Below are positions 16,268-23,603 of a stretch of 24,545 nucleotides of DNA, in pieces. The notes under the pieces were generated by a model. It made no database searches, had not been told where the DNA came from, and was given only the letters and a program-made list of their open reading frames with translations. Made by a program: the position numbers and the translations under genes. This DNA is from an uncultured bacterium (lineage in GTDB: Bacteria > Hydrothermota > Tepidihabitantia > SM23-42): positions 63,745 through 88,289 of the forward strand of contig CAYQPW010000002.1 in the NCBI GenBank assembly GCA_964419565.1, written 5' to 3'. Each line of letters begins with the position of its first letter. Positions within the stretch are counted from its first letter, which is position 1.

Positions 16268-17290
16268 TTAGCGACCCCGGGCAAGATGCTGCTTCTGACG
16301 GAATACTGAAAGGCCATCTTTCAACAAAAGGCCTGTTGATTTTTCAGTATTCGCGCGCATACTTACATAACATCCGCCACACGTATTTGTTTTCGAGAAA
16401 TTATCGATCAAATCGGCTTGGTTTTGAAAAGGCTTGTTTTGCATTGCACAAGGGACCAGTCGACCATCAGGGTTGACCACGAGCGAACGGTAACCAGCCC
16501 GACAATTAGGCATATAACTTCCGTTTGCGAAAAAATCATAATAGCGATTTAAAACCGTTTCCGTGGTAAATACCCGTCCGGTTTTTCTCTTGAAAGCGAT
16601 CAGATGATCGATCTGTTTTCTCAAGCGCCTGAGTTCCTCTTTCGTTACGATCGATTTTGTATAATCACCCGTGCGTAAAGGCGTATAAGTGCTGAAGTTA
16701 ATGGCTACATCCCATTTGATCGCGTGCTCGGCGAGTGCCGGCAGATCATCGATATTCTCTTTTCTGATAACACTGATCAAGGTAATATCGTTGTTATGGT
16801 AATTTGCAAGCTGCGGGATAAGATCATTCAGATGTTTGTATAATCCACGAACACCACGGTTTTTATCATGACGCTGGTCAGGATAGTCGAGTGATATCGA
16901 AAATTCATCTACCCCGATCTCCTTGAGCTCGATATATTTCTCCCTGGTCAGAAACTGTGCATTCGTTACAAAAACGATATGGGGTGGTCTACCCCATACC
17001 TTGATTTCCTTGATGATATCATAGACATCACTGCGCAGAAAGGGCTCGCCGCCAGATATCTGCGCGAACAGCGGCTGTAGTTCTCTGACGAGCGCGCCAA
17101 AACGTTCAGGAGGAGCCAATTCTTCATCCGGTATAATTCCGCCTTTGTCACAATGCTGACAATTGCAATTGCATGAATGAGTTATCTCTAATGATATTGC
17201 CAGAGGTTTCTTATAGAGTACGTTATATATACCCTGAGAGGCTAGCCGAAACGCAGTGGAATAATCGATATCAGCCATATTGCATCTCAA
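16268..17290 (-). CDS. Radical SAM enzyme with C-terminal twitch/partial-SPASM auxiliary-cluster domain
   Basis: 340 aa. The CNCNCQHC motif is the CxxxCxxC [4Fe-4S]/SAM site. The QISGGEPFL motif is the GGE SAM-binding motif. The C-terminal C-x13-G-x4-C … CGGC pattern is SPASM/twitch-like. The track start is TTG at 17290; an in-frame ATG (MADIDY…) at 17278 is the more likely start. The gene is only 13-25 nt downstream of the T9SS-cargo gene. Confidence 0.9.
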   Translation of the reverse strand: MRCNMADIDYSTAFRLASQGIYNVLYKKPLAISLEITHSCNCNCQHCDKGGIIPDEELAPPERFGALVRELQPLFAQISGGEPFLRSDVYDIIKEIKVWGRPPHIVFVTNAQFLTREKYIELKEIGVDEFSISLDYPDQRHDKNRGVRGLYKHLNDLIPQLANYHNNDITLISVIRKENIDDLPALAEHAIKWDVAINFSTYTPLRTGDYTKSIVTKEELRRLRKQIDHLIAFKRKTGRVFTTETVLNRYYDFFANGSYMPNCRAGYRSLVVNPDGRLVPCAMQNKPFQNQADLIDNFSKTNTCGGCYVSMRANTEKSTGLLLKDGLSVFRQKQHLARGR

Positions 17291-17303
17291 TCATCTTACC
17301 TCA

Positions 17304-18371
17304 CTATCTCAGCATCAGCATTTTTCCTGTTAGCACTTTCTTATCAATATTCAAACGATAGAAATAAATCCCGGCAGACAGTAGATTACCCGACTCATCG
17401 TTGCCATACCACATCGCTGTTTGCTTACCCTGATTCTGAAATGCATTAACTACCGTTTTAATCAATCTTCCGGTTCTATCATATACTCTCAAATCGACAT
17501 GACTCCTCTGGGGAAGCGAATAGGTAATAGCCACTTTATCGGAAAACGGATTTGGCTGATGTGACAGTGAAAAAACAGCTGCTGTTTTTGATTCCTCGAT
17601 GCCGGAAGAAAAAGAGGTAAGACGCTCAAGAATTGCGGCGTCTGTGAAATTTGGATTTGTCTCTTCTGGGTAGCTTATGATGCAAACCACAGCACCGTGG
17701 TTTTCAGCGACAAACTGATAATTAATATGGGTGATGGTATCCCAATATATGGGTGTACCGCCGACATACATGGTCATTGCGCAGGTATCGAAAACACAAA
17801 CCCGCAGGCATGGGTACGAACCATAAGGGATCGTAACTGTTCCATAGGCATTGCAGGTCTGTCGACCAAAATGGTCATACCGGAGCGAATCACTACCCAT
17901 CTCTATTGTAAAACCATAATGGAAAGAACGGCTGTCCTGATAATGCAGTGGCAATGGGCAAGAATCAACCGGCGCGTACTGCATCAGAAATGTTGTGTCC
18001 GGACCTATCCCGCCAAGACCCAGGGTAATATCCCACCCTGCCGTGAGTTCGTAATACCCGTAAGCTGTGTCGCTGTCAACTGGTGATTGGTAAACCAGGT
18101 TCGCGTCAGGAAACGAATCGGCAAAAGGCGTCGACGATACGGGAACGATAAGCTGGATTGAACTATCTGAACCCATTGGCTGACTGGTAAAAGCCCATGT
18201 TTGCGGACCTCCTGTTGAACCAAGATCAACGGAGACGCTGTCCTTGTTATTTTTGGTCCAGGTGGTACCGACGCTATGAGGTATTTCAGTCCAGTCGATG
18301 ACAATCTGGCTGTACAGGGGAACGATTGTCCATGCCAGAATCAATATGATTATTGAACTTAATGATTTCAT
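17304..18371 (-). CDS. Secreted hypothetical protein with T9SS C-terminal sorting domain
   Basis: 355 aa. A signal peptide (MKSLSSIIILILAWTIVPLYSQ) leads the protein. The C-terminal ~80 aa fit the T9SS type-A CTD pattern (NPFSDKVAITYSL…VDLRVYDRTGRLIKTV…MWYGNDESGNLLSAGIYFYRL…KMLMLR). The mature region has 9 Cys (…DSCPLPLHY…QTCNAYG…YPCLRVCVFDTCAMTMY…VVCIISY…). SD AAGGAG lies 5-6 nt upstream of the ATG. Confidence 0.85.
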   Translation of the reverse strand: MKSLSSIIILILAWTIVPLYSQIVIDWTEIPHSVGTTWTKNNKDSVSVDLGSTGGPQTWAFTSQPMGSDSSIQLIVPVSSTPFADSFPDANLVYQSPVDSDTAYGYYELTAGWDITLGLGGIGPDTTFLMQYAPVDSCPLPLHYQDSRSFHYGFTIEMGSDSLRYDHFGRQTCNAYGTVTIPYGSYPCLRVCVFDTCAMTMYVGGTPIYWDTITHINYQFVAENHGAVVCIISYPEETNPNFTDAAILERLTSFSSGIEESKTAAVFSLSHQPNPFSDKVAITYSLPQRSHVDLRVYDRTGRLIKTVVNAFQNQGKQTAMWYGNDESGNLLSAGIYFYRLNIDKKVLTGKMLMLR

Positions 18372-18391
18372 AATTTCTCCTTTGCTATACT

Positions 18392-18419
18392 ATTATCAAC
18401 AGAAAATCATAAAAATCAA
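18392..18419 (-). promoter_or_regulatory. Candidate promoter for the T9SS-cargo/radical-SAM transcript
   Basis: On the minus strand: TTGATT (plus 18414-18419), a 16-nt spacer, then GATAAT (plus 18392-18397). The SD AAGGAG and the ATG at 18371 follow. Confidence 0.4.
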
Positions 18420-18453
18420 GCTTATGTTTTTCAGTCATCTGATAATCAACCGG

Positions 18454-18476
18454 CGCTGCAAGGGAAATTTGCGGCG
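18454..18476. promoter_or_regulatory. Inverted repeat abutting the -35 of the DUF2007 promoter (operator candidate)
   Basis: CGCTGCAA-gggaaat-TTGCGGCG forms an 8-bp stem with one G·T position. It ends 1 nt before TTGACA at 18477. Confidence 0.3.
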
Positions 18477-18504
18477 TTGACACTGGTAGGTTTTCATTTA
18501 TAAT
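18477..18504 (+). promoter_or_regulatory. Consensus sigma70 promoter for the DUF2007-CapA operon; leaderless candidate
   Basis: TTGACA (18477-18482), a 16-nt spacer, then TATAAT (18499-18504). The ATG at 18510 lies 5 nt after the -10, leaving no room for an SD. Confidence 0.55.
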
Positions 18505-18509
18505 GATAC

Positions 18510-18740
18510 ATGTTAATGCGTGCTTACCTGGCGCCGGACGAATTCACCGCTATTACGCTGCAGACAATACTTGAAGGTCAGGGCATCAAGGCAATGATCA
18601 AGCGCTTTGAAACGACCTGGCTCGATGGCCTACCCAAGATCATGAAAGGCGGCTGGGGTGAGGTCCTGGTCGACGAACATGATATCGTGGATGCAAAAAA
18701 ATATATCGAGGAATTTCTCCAAGATATCCCTGAGCCTTAA
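18510..18740 (+). CDS. DUF2007-like small protein (putative signal-transducing protein, PII-like fold)
   Basis: 76 aa. The pattern …APDEFTAITLQTILEGQGIKAMIKRFE……GEVLVDEHDIVDAKKYIEEFL matches the DUF2007 consensus (hydrophobic-x-A-x-x-hydrophobic-x-x-L-E-x-x-G-I … V-x-V-x-E-x-D-x-x-x-A). The stop lies 2 nt before the next gene. Confidence 0.65.
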   Translation: MLMRAYLAPDEFTAITLQTILEGQGIKAMIKRFETTWLDGLPKIMKGGWGEVLVDEHDIVDAKKYIEEFLQDIPEP

Positions 18741-18742
18741 CA

Positions 18743-20398
18743 TTGCTGGCACTTGCCCTCATCATATTCCTTCAAAATCCCACACCAGCGCGTATCAGCT
18801 TCTGTGCGGTCGGTGATATTCTGTTAGACCGCGGCATCAGAACAAGTATCAATGCCGAAAATGTCGATCACCCGTTCGCTAAGATTACACATTTTACAAA
18901 TCAATTCGAGCTGGCTTTTTGTAACCTTGAATGCCCAGTCTCAGCAATAGGTAAATCAACCGGCAAAATATACTGTTTCAGGGCGGACACCAATTTCTTT
19001 TCAGGCGTGCAGAATGCCGGTTTTAACGTAATTTCACTAGCCAATAATCATATAATCGACTGGGGTGAGCAAGCCTGTCTTGATACCAGACGATTCATCG
19101 AAAAAAAAGAGCTCTTTGCTTTTGGCGCTGGTAAAGATCAAACTGAAGCGCTGCAACCTCTTATTGTCAATAAAAACGGCTTGAGGGTTGCGTTCCTCGG
19201 AAGTGTTGGCGCACCATTAAAAAATGTGATCTGGCCAATAACAAAATCAGGCCCTGGTCAAGCGACCCTTGCCCAGCTCATTGAACGTATCGATCTCGTG
19301 CGCAATCATGTCGATTATATCGTCGTCTCTATGCACTGGGGGACTGAATACGAGCATATACCAAGAAGTCACCAAATTACGTGGGCGCATGCTCTTATCG
19401 ATGCCGGAGCAGATCTCATTATTGGACACCACCCCCATGTGCTGCAGAGTATCGAGATATATAAAAACCGCATCATTCTATATAGCCTGGGTAATTTTGT
19501 CTTTGACCAGCGTAAACTATATCAAAGACAGAGCGGGATTTTTTCATGCATCTTCAAAAAGGGTCGTATTGATTCTGCCTGTTTCCATCCGGTAATGATC
19601 AATGACTTCCAACCAGCAATAGCTCAAGATACTCTCTTTGAAGTAATTGCAGAAAAGGTAAATGCGATATCGGATGAGTACAATGCTGTTTTCATCAAAA
19701 AGAATAATCAGCTATTCATCACCGATTCGGGCTGTGCCTTGTATTTCGATGTACCGATCATGCGCACAAAAATTCCAGGGTTAACGATACTCGTCAACCG
19801 CAGCTCAGTAGAAATGTATGATTCCTGTGGTTTGCTACATGACAGACTCATACTCCAGTTAGATCAGGAAATACAAGACTGTTGTTATACAGAAGATTCT
19901 GCTGGTATCAGGCTTTTTGCGCTCATCCGTGGAGCAGATCCTCAATGCGGTGACTTTTTGGGTCAGTTCAGGATCAATGCACAGGGGATTACACCTGAAT
20001 ACTGTATCGAGAATATGAAATACCGGTTCTGGAAGATACTTACCGCTGACATCGATTGCGATTCAGTTCCTGAAATATGCATCGGTGCTCATAAAAAAGG
20101 CACGCTTGAAAGTTCTGTTAACACCCTTATTCTATACCGATGGAGCGGTGCTAATTTTCATCAAATGTATACGAGTTCTAAAAAATTAGGTCCCTTCGTG
20201 GATTTTTTATTCAAGGACATCGATAATGATGGTCTTGATGACCTGATCAGTCTTGAACCATGTTCAACCGGAACATACGAGGCCACGGTGTATCAATGGC
20301 TTGGATTTGACTTCATGAAGTATCGAGTAATGATCACCGGACTTAAACAAGCATGGTTGAGTAATTGTGATGTGAAACGACTGGTCTTCACACAGTAG
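18743..20398 (+). CDS. CapA-family (PGA_cap) metallophosphatase-like protein with C-terminal FG-GAP/VCBS-like region
   Basis: 551 aa starting at TTG. The hydrophobic N-terminus is followed by a CapA-type domain (CAVGDILLDRG…ISLANNHIIDWG…VVSMHWGTEYEH…IGHHPHVLQSIE…ILYSLGNFVFDQ). The C-terminal ~230 aa contain a DIDNDGLDDL (DxDxDGxxD) Ca-binding-loop motif typical of FG-GAP/VCBS repeats. Confidence 0.8.
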   Translation: MLALALIIFLQNPTPARISFCAVGDILLDRGIRTSINAENVDHPFAKITHFTNQFELAFCNLECPVSAIGKSTGKIYCFRADTNFFSGVQNAGFNVISLANNHIIDWGEQACLDTRRFIEKKELFAFGAGKDQTEALQPLIVNKNGLRVAFLGSVGAPLKNVIWPITKSGPGQATLAQLIERIDLVRNHVDYIVVSMHWGTEYEHIPRSHQITWAHALIDAGADLIIGHHPHVLQSIEIYKNRIILYSLGNFVFDQRKLYQRQSGIFSCIFKKGRIDSACFHPVMINDFQPAIAQDTLFEVIAEKVNAISDEYNAVFIKKNNQLFITDSGCALYFDVPIMRTKIPGLTILVNRSSVEMYDSCGLLHDRLILQLDQEIQDCCYTEDSAGIRLFALIRGADPQCGDFLGQFRINAQGITPEYCIENMKYRFWKILTADIDCDSVPEICIGAHKKGTLESSVNTLILYRWSGANFHQMYTSSKKLGPFVDFLFKDIDNDGLDDLISLEPCSTGTYEATVYQWLGFDFMKYRVMITGLKQAWLSNCDVKRLVFTQ

Positions 20399-20402
20399 GT
20401 TG

Positions 20403-20430
20403 TTGACACAATACATTCTGTCGCTATAAT
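20403..20430 (+). promoter_or_regulatory. Consensus sigma70 promoter for the lipoprotein gene; leaderless candidate
   Basis: TTGACA (20403-20408), a 16-nt spacer, then TATAAT (20425-20430). The ATG at 20436 lies 5 nt after the -10. Confidence 0.55.
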
Positions 20431-20435
20431 AACGA

Positions 20436-21374
20436 ATGAGATTACGTTTTGCCATCATCTTGATTATCCTTTTCCTGATTAACTGCCCCAAAGCCTATAA
20501 ACCCGATGTTGAGAGTATCGAGGTTTTGTATCTGTCTTCATTACATGATGATATCTATCGGGACAAACCAATCCTTGCTGGAATAAAAGAACTCCACGGC
20601 TTCAAAGTCGGCCATCTCAAAACAAATCCACCATTTCTTAGCATAATCATGGGGCGTCTGGGGTTCTATGAATTGCTCAATAATACGGGTATAGATTTTG
20701 TCGTCGCCGATTCTCTCACCTTTTGGACCGATAATATCAATTACTTTCTAATACCTGAATCAATGGGTTATGCTATTAAAAACCATGAGGGGATAAGGTT
20801 TGCCATTTTGCGAAAAGACAAAGATATTCTAACTATCGATGACGAAATACGGATATCACTGGTAAAACAAAGAAGCGATGTTCTCTGGATAATCGAGAAT
20901 ACACTAATCGATATCTCGCCGGTAAAAATAAATTTCTTCATTAAAGACCGCGGTCTTACAGATACTACTATGACCGTACTAAGCGTTGAGCCAGATTCAT
21001 CATTGCTCTTTAAGATAAAAAATTTCAAAGAAATGCTTGAACAGATTTTGAATAAAAAGACCTTTCTCGATGGTAAATCCTTCAAGGAATACATCCTGTC
21101 AAGTACCGCGCAGGATGAGGGAGTTAACGTGATCCTTTATCCACAACATCTTTTTATGAATGGTATAAAACAGGACTCGGTAAGCTTGCGGGAGATCTTA
21201 AGCAATATAATATGTGAGATGAGATTCACCAAAAAAACAATGGACAAAGAACAAATACAGAACTTGAGCACCGAAAGGAAATACGAGATCTGGGGTAAGG
21301 TGGGAAAAAATAACAGTGTTCTCCTGCCCGATGGTTTCGGGACATATTTATTCGATATGTTCTACGAATTGTGA
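20436..21374 (+). CDS. Hypothetical lipoprotein
   Basis: 312 aa. The signal peptide has a lipobox-like Cys (RLRFAIILIILFLINC). No recognisable catalytic motif. AT-rich codon usage. Confidence 0.7.
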   Translation: MRLRFAIILIILFLINCPKAYKPDVESIEVLYLSSLHDDIYRDKPILAGIKELHGFKVGHLKTNPPFLSIIMGRLGFYELLNNTGIDFVVADSLTFWTDNINYFLIPESMGYAIKNHEGIRFAILRKDKDILTIDDEIRISLVKQRSDVLWIIENTLIDISPVKINFFIKDRGLTDTTMTVLSVEPDSSLLFKIKNFKEMLEQILNKKTFLDGKSFKEYILSSTAQDEGVNVILYPQHLFMNGIKQDSVSLREILSNIICEMRFTKKTMDKEQIQNLSTERKYEIWGKVGKNNSVLLPDGFGTYLFDMFYEL

Positions 21375-21378
21375 TTCT

Positions 21379-22050
21379 ATGGCAGGGAATAAATTGAAAT
21401 TCAATTGGAAAAGATGCCTCTGGGTTACTTTCTTATTTCTCTATTCAGGTTTGTTCTTCTACAACTTTTTCAGGCCTTTCAATAATTGGCTTGTTACCTA
21501 CATATACACGATGATATTAGTGTTATGGTTATCTGTAGAATATTATGAGAAGCACCTTTTTTTCCAAAGCGGATTCCTGCCGATAAATCAATATCCATGG
21601 TATTTGCGTGCGTTATTCGCACTGTTTTTTTACTCCTCTTTTATCATCGGCTGTGCGACACTTGTCTGGTGGCAGAGTAATCGCATACATCTTTACCCGA
21701 TCCTGCAAATCCCTGGTGTGCTTTTGTTAATCTACTCCATATTCATTCGCCGGCAAGCCTTCCGCAACGCTGTCCCTGATCAAATGAGTATCACTAAATT
21801 TTATGTTAGCTTGTTCTTCCTAACGATCTCGCTGGCCCTGGGTTACAGCTCATGGTTTCTTTTCCCTTATGTCATATTCATAGGCTATCCGTTTATCTTC
21901 TGGCAGCGTTTCTATGAACTAAAACATTTTAGAAAATTTACAAAATATATTTATGAAGATAAGAAAATTAAGAAGATCGACGCCAAGAACTATTTAAATC
22001 TTTGGGAAATATTTATAAATAAACATAGCAAAAAGCGAGGGAAACAATGA
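21379..22050 (+). CDS. Hypothetical polytopic membrane protein
   Basis: The track ORF starts at 21316, but ATG 21379 (MAGNKLKFNWKRCLWVTFLFLY…) lies 4 nt after the lipoprotein stop and gives a proper N-in topology. There are ~6 hydrophobic segments. No ICMT (RHPxY) or CAAX-protease motifs were found. Confidence 0.65.
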   Translation: MAGNKLKFNWKRCLWVTFLFLYSGLFFYNFFRPFNNWLVTYIYTMILVLWLSVEYYEKHLFFQSGFLPINQYPWYLRALFALFFYSSFIIGCATLVWWQSNRIHLYPILQIPGVLLLIYSIFIRRQAFRNAVPDQMSITKFYVSLFFLTISLALGYSSWFLFPYVIFIGYPFIFWQRFYELKHFRKFTKYIYEDKKIKKIDAKNYLNLWEIFINKHSKKRGKQ

Positions 22051-22763
22051 ATTTAATACTAAGTGCCCTGACATTATTCATGCTTAATGCCGACATTCCA
22101 GCCAAAGTATCATTTCTTGTCGGCACGGCAACTATTGACCGAGCCGGTAAAAGGTATTCTGCGGTACTCGATGCTTCACTTCTTGTCGATGATGTCGTGA
22201 CAACCGGCACAGATTCAGAATGTGAAATTCAATTCTCAAACTATGCCCTGGTTAGACTCCAGCCGAATTCCAGTGTTAAAATAGAAAGAAAAGAAGAAAC
22301 CCCTAAAGGAATTTTTCACAGTATCTTTGCATCGATGGGAGAAGTTGTCTCCAAGGTCACAAAGATGAACAAGGACGATGAATATCAGATAAGAACCGAT
22401 GCAGCTCAGGCATTCATCAGGGGAACGACATTCACGACAACGATCGAACAAGACGGGACTAGTTCTTTCAGCGTCTTTGAAGGGAATATCGCCGTCAAAA
22501 GTCTGCTTGAAGGTGCCAAAGAGATACTCCTGAACGAAAATTTTAAATCCAAGATCAAAAAGGGCGAGTTAGAACCCGTTGTCGACAAATTGTCTGACCT
22601 TGAAATCACCGCTTTTGCCAATAACTATAAGGATTTCCTTGATCGCGGCAAAGTTCTCGATGAAATGCGCGAAAAGCTGGAACAAGAGAAGAAGAAGATC
22701 GAAGAAGATCTTAATAAAGAAAAAGATGGCGCCAAGGATAAACTGAAGGGTTTATTTAAGTAA
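22047..22763 (+). CDS. FecR-domain protein with Lys/Glu-rich coiled-coil tail
   Basis: 238 aa. An N-terminal signal/TM is followed by a FecR-like beta-rich region (…AKVSFLVGTATIDRAGKRYSAVLDASLLVDDVVTTGTDSECEIQFSNYALVRLQPNSSVKI…). The C-terminal tail is EKLEQEKKKIEEDLNKEKDGAKDKLKGLFK. There is a 4-nt overlap with the membrane protein gene. Confidence 0.7.
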   Translation: MNLILSALTLFMLNADIPAKVSFLVGTATIDRAGKRYSAVLDASLLVDDVVTTGTDSECEIQFSNYALVRLQPNSSVKIERKEETPKGIFHSIFASMGEVVSKVTKMNKDDEYQIRTDAAQAFIRGTTFTTTIEQDGTSSFSVFEGNIAVKSLLEGAKEILLNENFKSKIKKGELEPVVDKLSDLEITAFANNYKDFLDRGKVLDEMREKLEQEKKKIEEDLNKEKDGAKDKLKGLFK

Positions 22764-22781
22764 AGATCGTACCGCATAATA

Positions 22782-23603
22782 ATGTTCAGTAAAACGCTAA
22801 GAGTACTCTTTAGGGGGTATATAAGCTTATTCCTCGGCATTTTCTTGTTTCAATGCGAAAAACCACCGCATCACGACGGTCTCAAAATAGTATCCCTTTC
22901 TCCGGCAATGACCGAAATCATCTATGCCCTCGGTGCTGAAGAAAACCTGGTTGGCGCAACTACTTTTTGTAATTACCCAAAGCAAACTAAAAAGCTCTAC
23001 AAAGTTGGAGATTTTTCCAATCCATCGATCGAAAGGATTGTCAGTCGGAAACCTGATATTGTAATCGTTAACCTCCCTGAACAAACGAGGATCAAAAAAG
23101 AGCTCGATAAATTAAATATAAAGATCTTTGCATCATCACCTAGGACACTCAATGATATCTATGAAGAAATCATCGAAATCGGACGTATCGTCGACAAAAA
23201 GAAAACCGCAGATTCTCTTGTGGGATACATGAAAATGCATATAACCAGGGTCGATACACCGGATCGGCAGCGCGTATACGTTGAGCTTTCACCCAAGCCG
23301 CTGGTGACTGTAGGAGCACCGAGTTACCTCAATGAATTGCTGGAAATGGCCGGTCTTGAAAATATTTTTGCCGATCTCCAGAAGGATTATCCGGTCGTTG
23401 GTCAAGAACAAGTGATAAAACAAAATCCGGATATAATAATCGTACTCCATCCGGTACCGATAAAAGATCGAATGGGCTGGCAAACAATAACGGCGATAAA
23501 AAACAACCGGGTCTATACACATTTAAACCAGGATCATCTAATGCGACCCGGACCCAGGTTAGTAATCGGTTTTGAGGAACTGAAAAAAATAATAAATGAG
23601 TAA
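22782..23603 (+). CDS. ABC transporter periplasmic substrate-binding lipoprotein, cobalamin/iron-chelate type (BtuF-like)
   Basis: 273 aa. The N-terminal signal has a Cys (LFLGIFLFQC). The block KIVSLSPAMTEIIYALGAEENLVGATTFCNYP is typical of BtuF/FhuD-type class III SBPs. The gene overlaps the permease gene by 8 nt. Confidence 0.88.
   Translation: MFSKTLRVLFRGYISLFLGIFLFQCEKPPHHDGLKIVSLSPAMTEIIYALGAEENLVGATTFCNYPKQTKKLYKVGDFSNPSIERIVSRKPDIVIVNLPEQTRIKKELDKLNIKIFASSPRTLNDIYEEIIEIGRIVDKKKTADSLVGYMKMHITRVDTPDRQRVYVELSPKPLVTVGAPSYLNELLEMAGLENIFADLQKDYPVVGQEQVIKQNPDIIIVLHPVPIKDRMGWQTITAIKNNRVYTHLNQDHLMRPGPRLVIGFEELKKIINE

Noticed and set aside
16132-16317. 61-aa minus-strand ORF considered as a precursor peptide for the radical-SAM enzyme
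   Set aside because: It lies downstream of the rSAM gene, not upstream. It overlaps the rSAM 3' end out of frame by ~50 nt, has a single Cys and no leader/core-like organisation. It is most likely a spurious ORF in the NUDIX-rSAM intergenic region.
20436-22050. AT-rich stretch considered as a horizontally acquired island
   Set aside because: There is no flanking tRNA, integrase, direct repeats or mobility genes. The AT-richness is largely explained by Phe/Ile/Leu/Tyr/Lys-rich membrane and lipoprotein coding content, and the promoter architecture matches the rest of the window.
22764-22781. Looked for a cobalamin riboswitch upstream of the BtuF-like gene
   Set aside because: Only 18 nt separate it from the preceding gene, leaving no room for a ~200-nt riboswitch. 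The gene is probably co-transcribed with the upstream FecR cluster.
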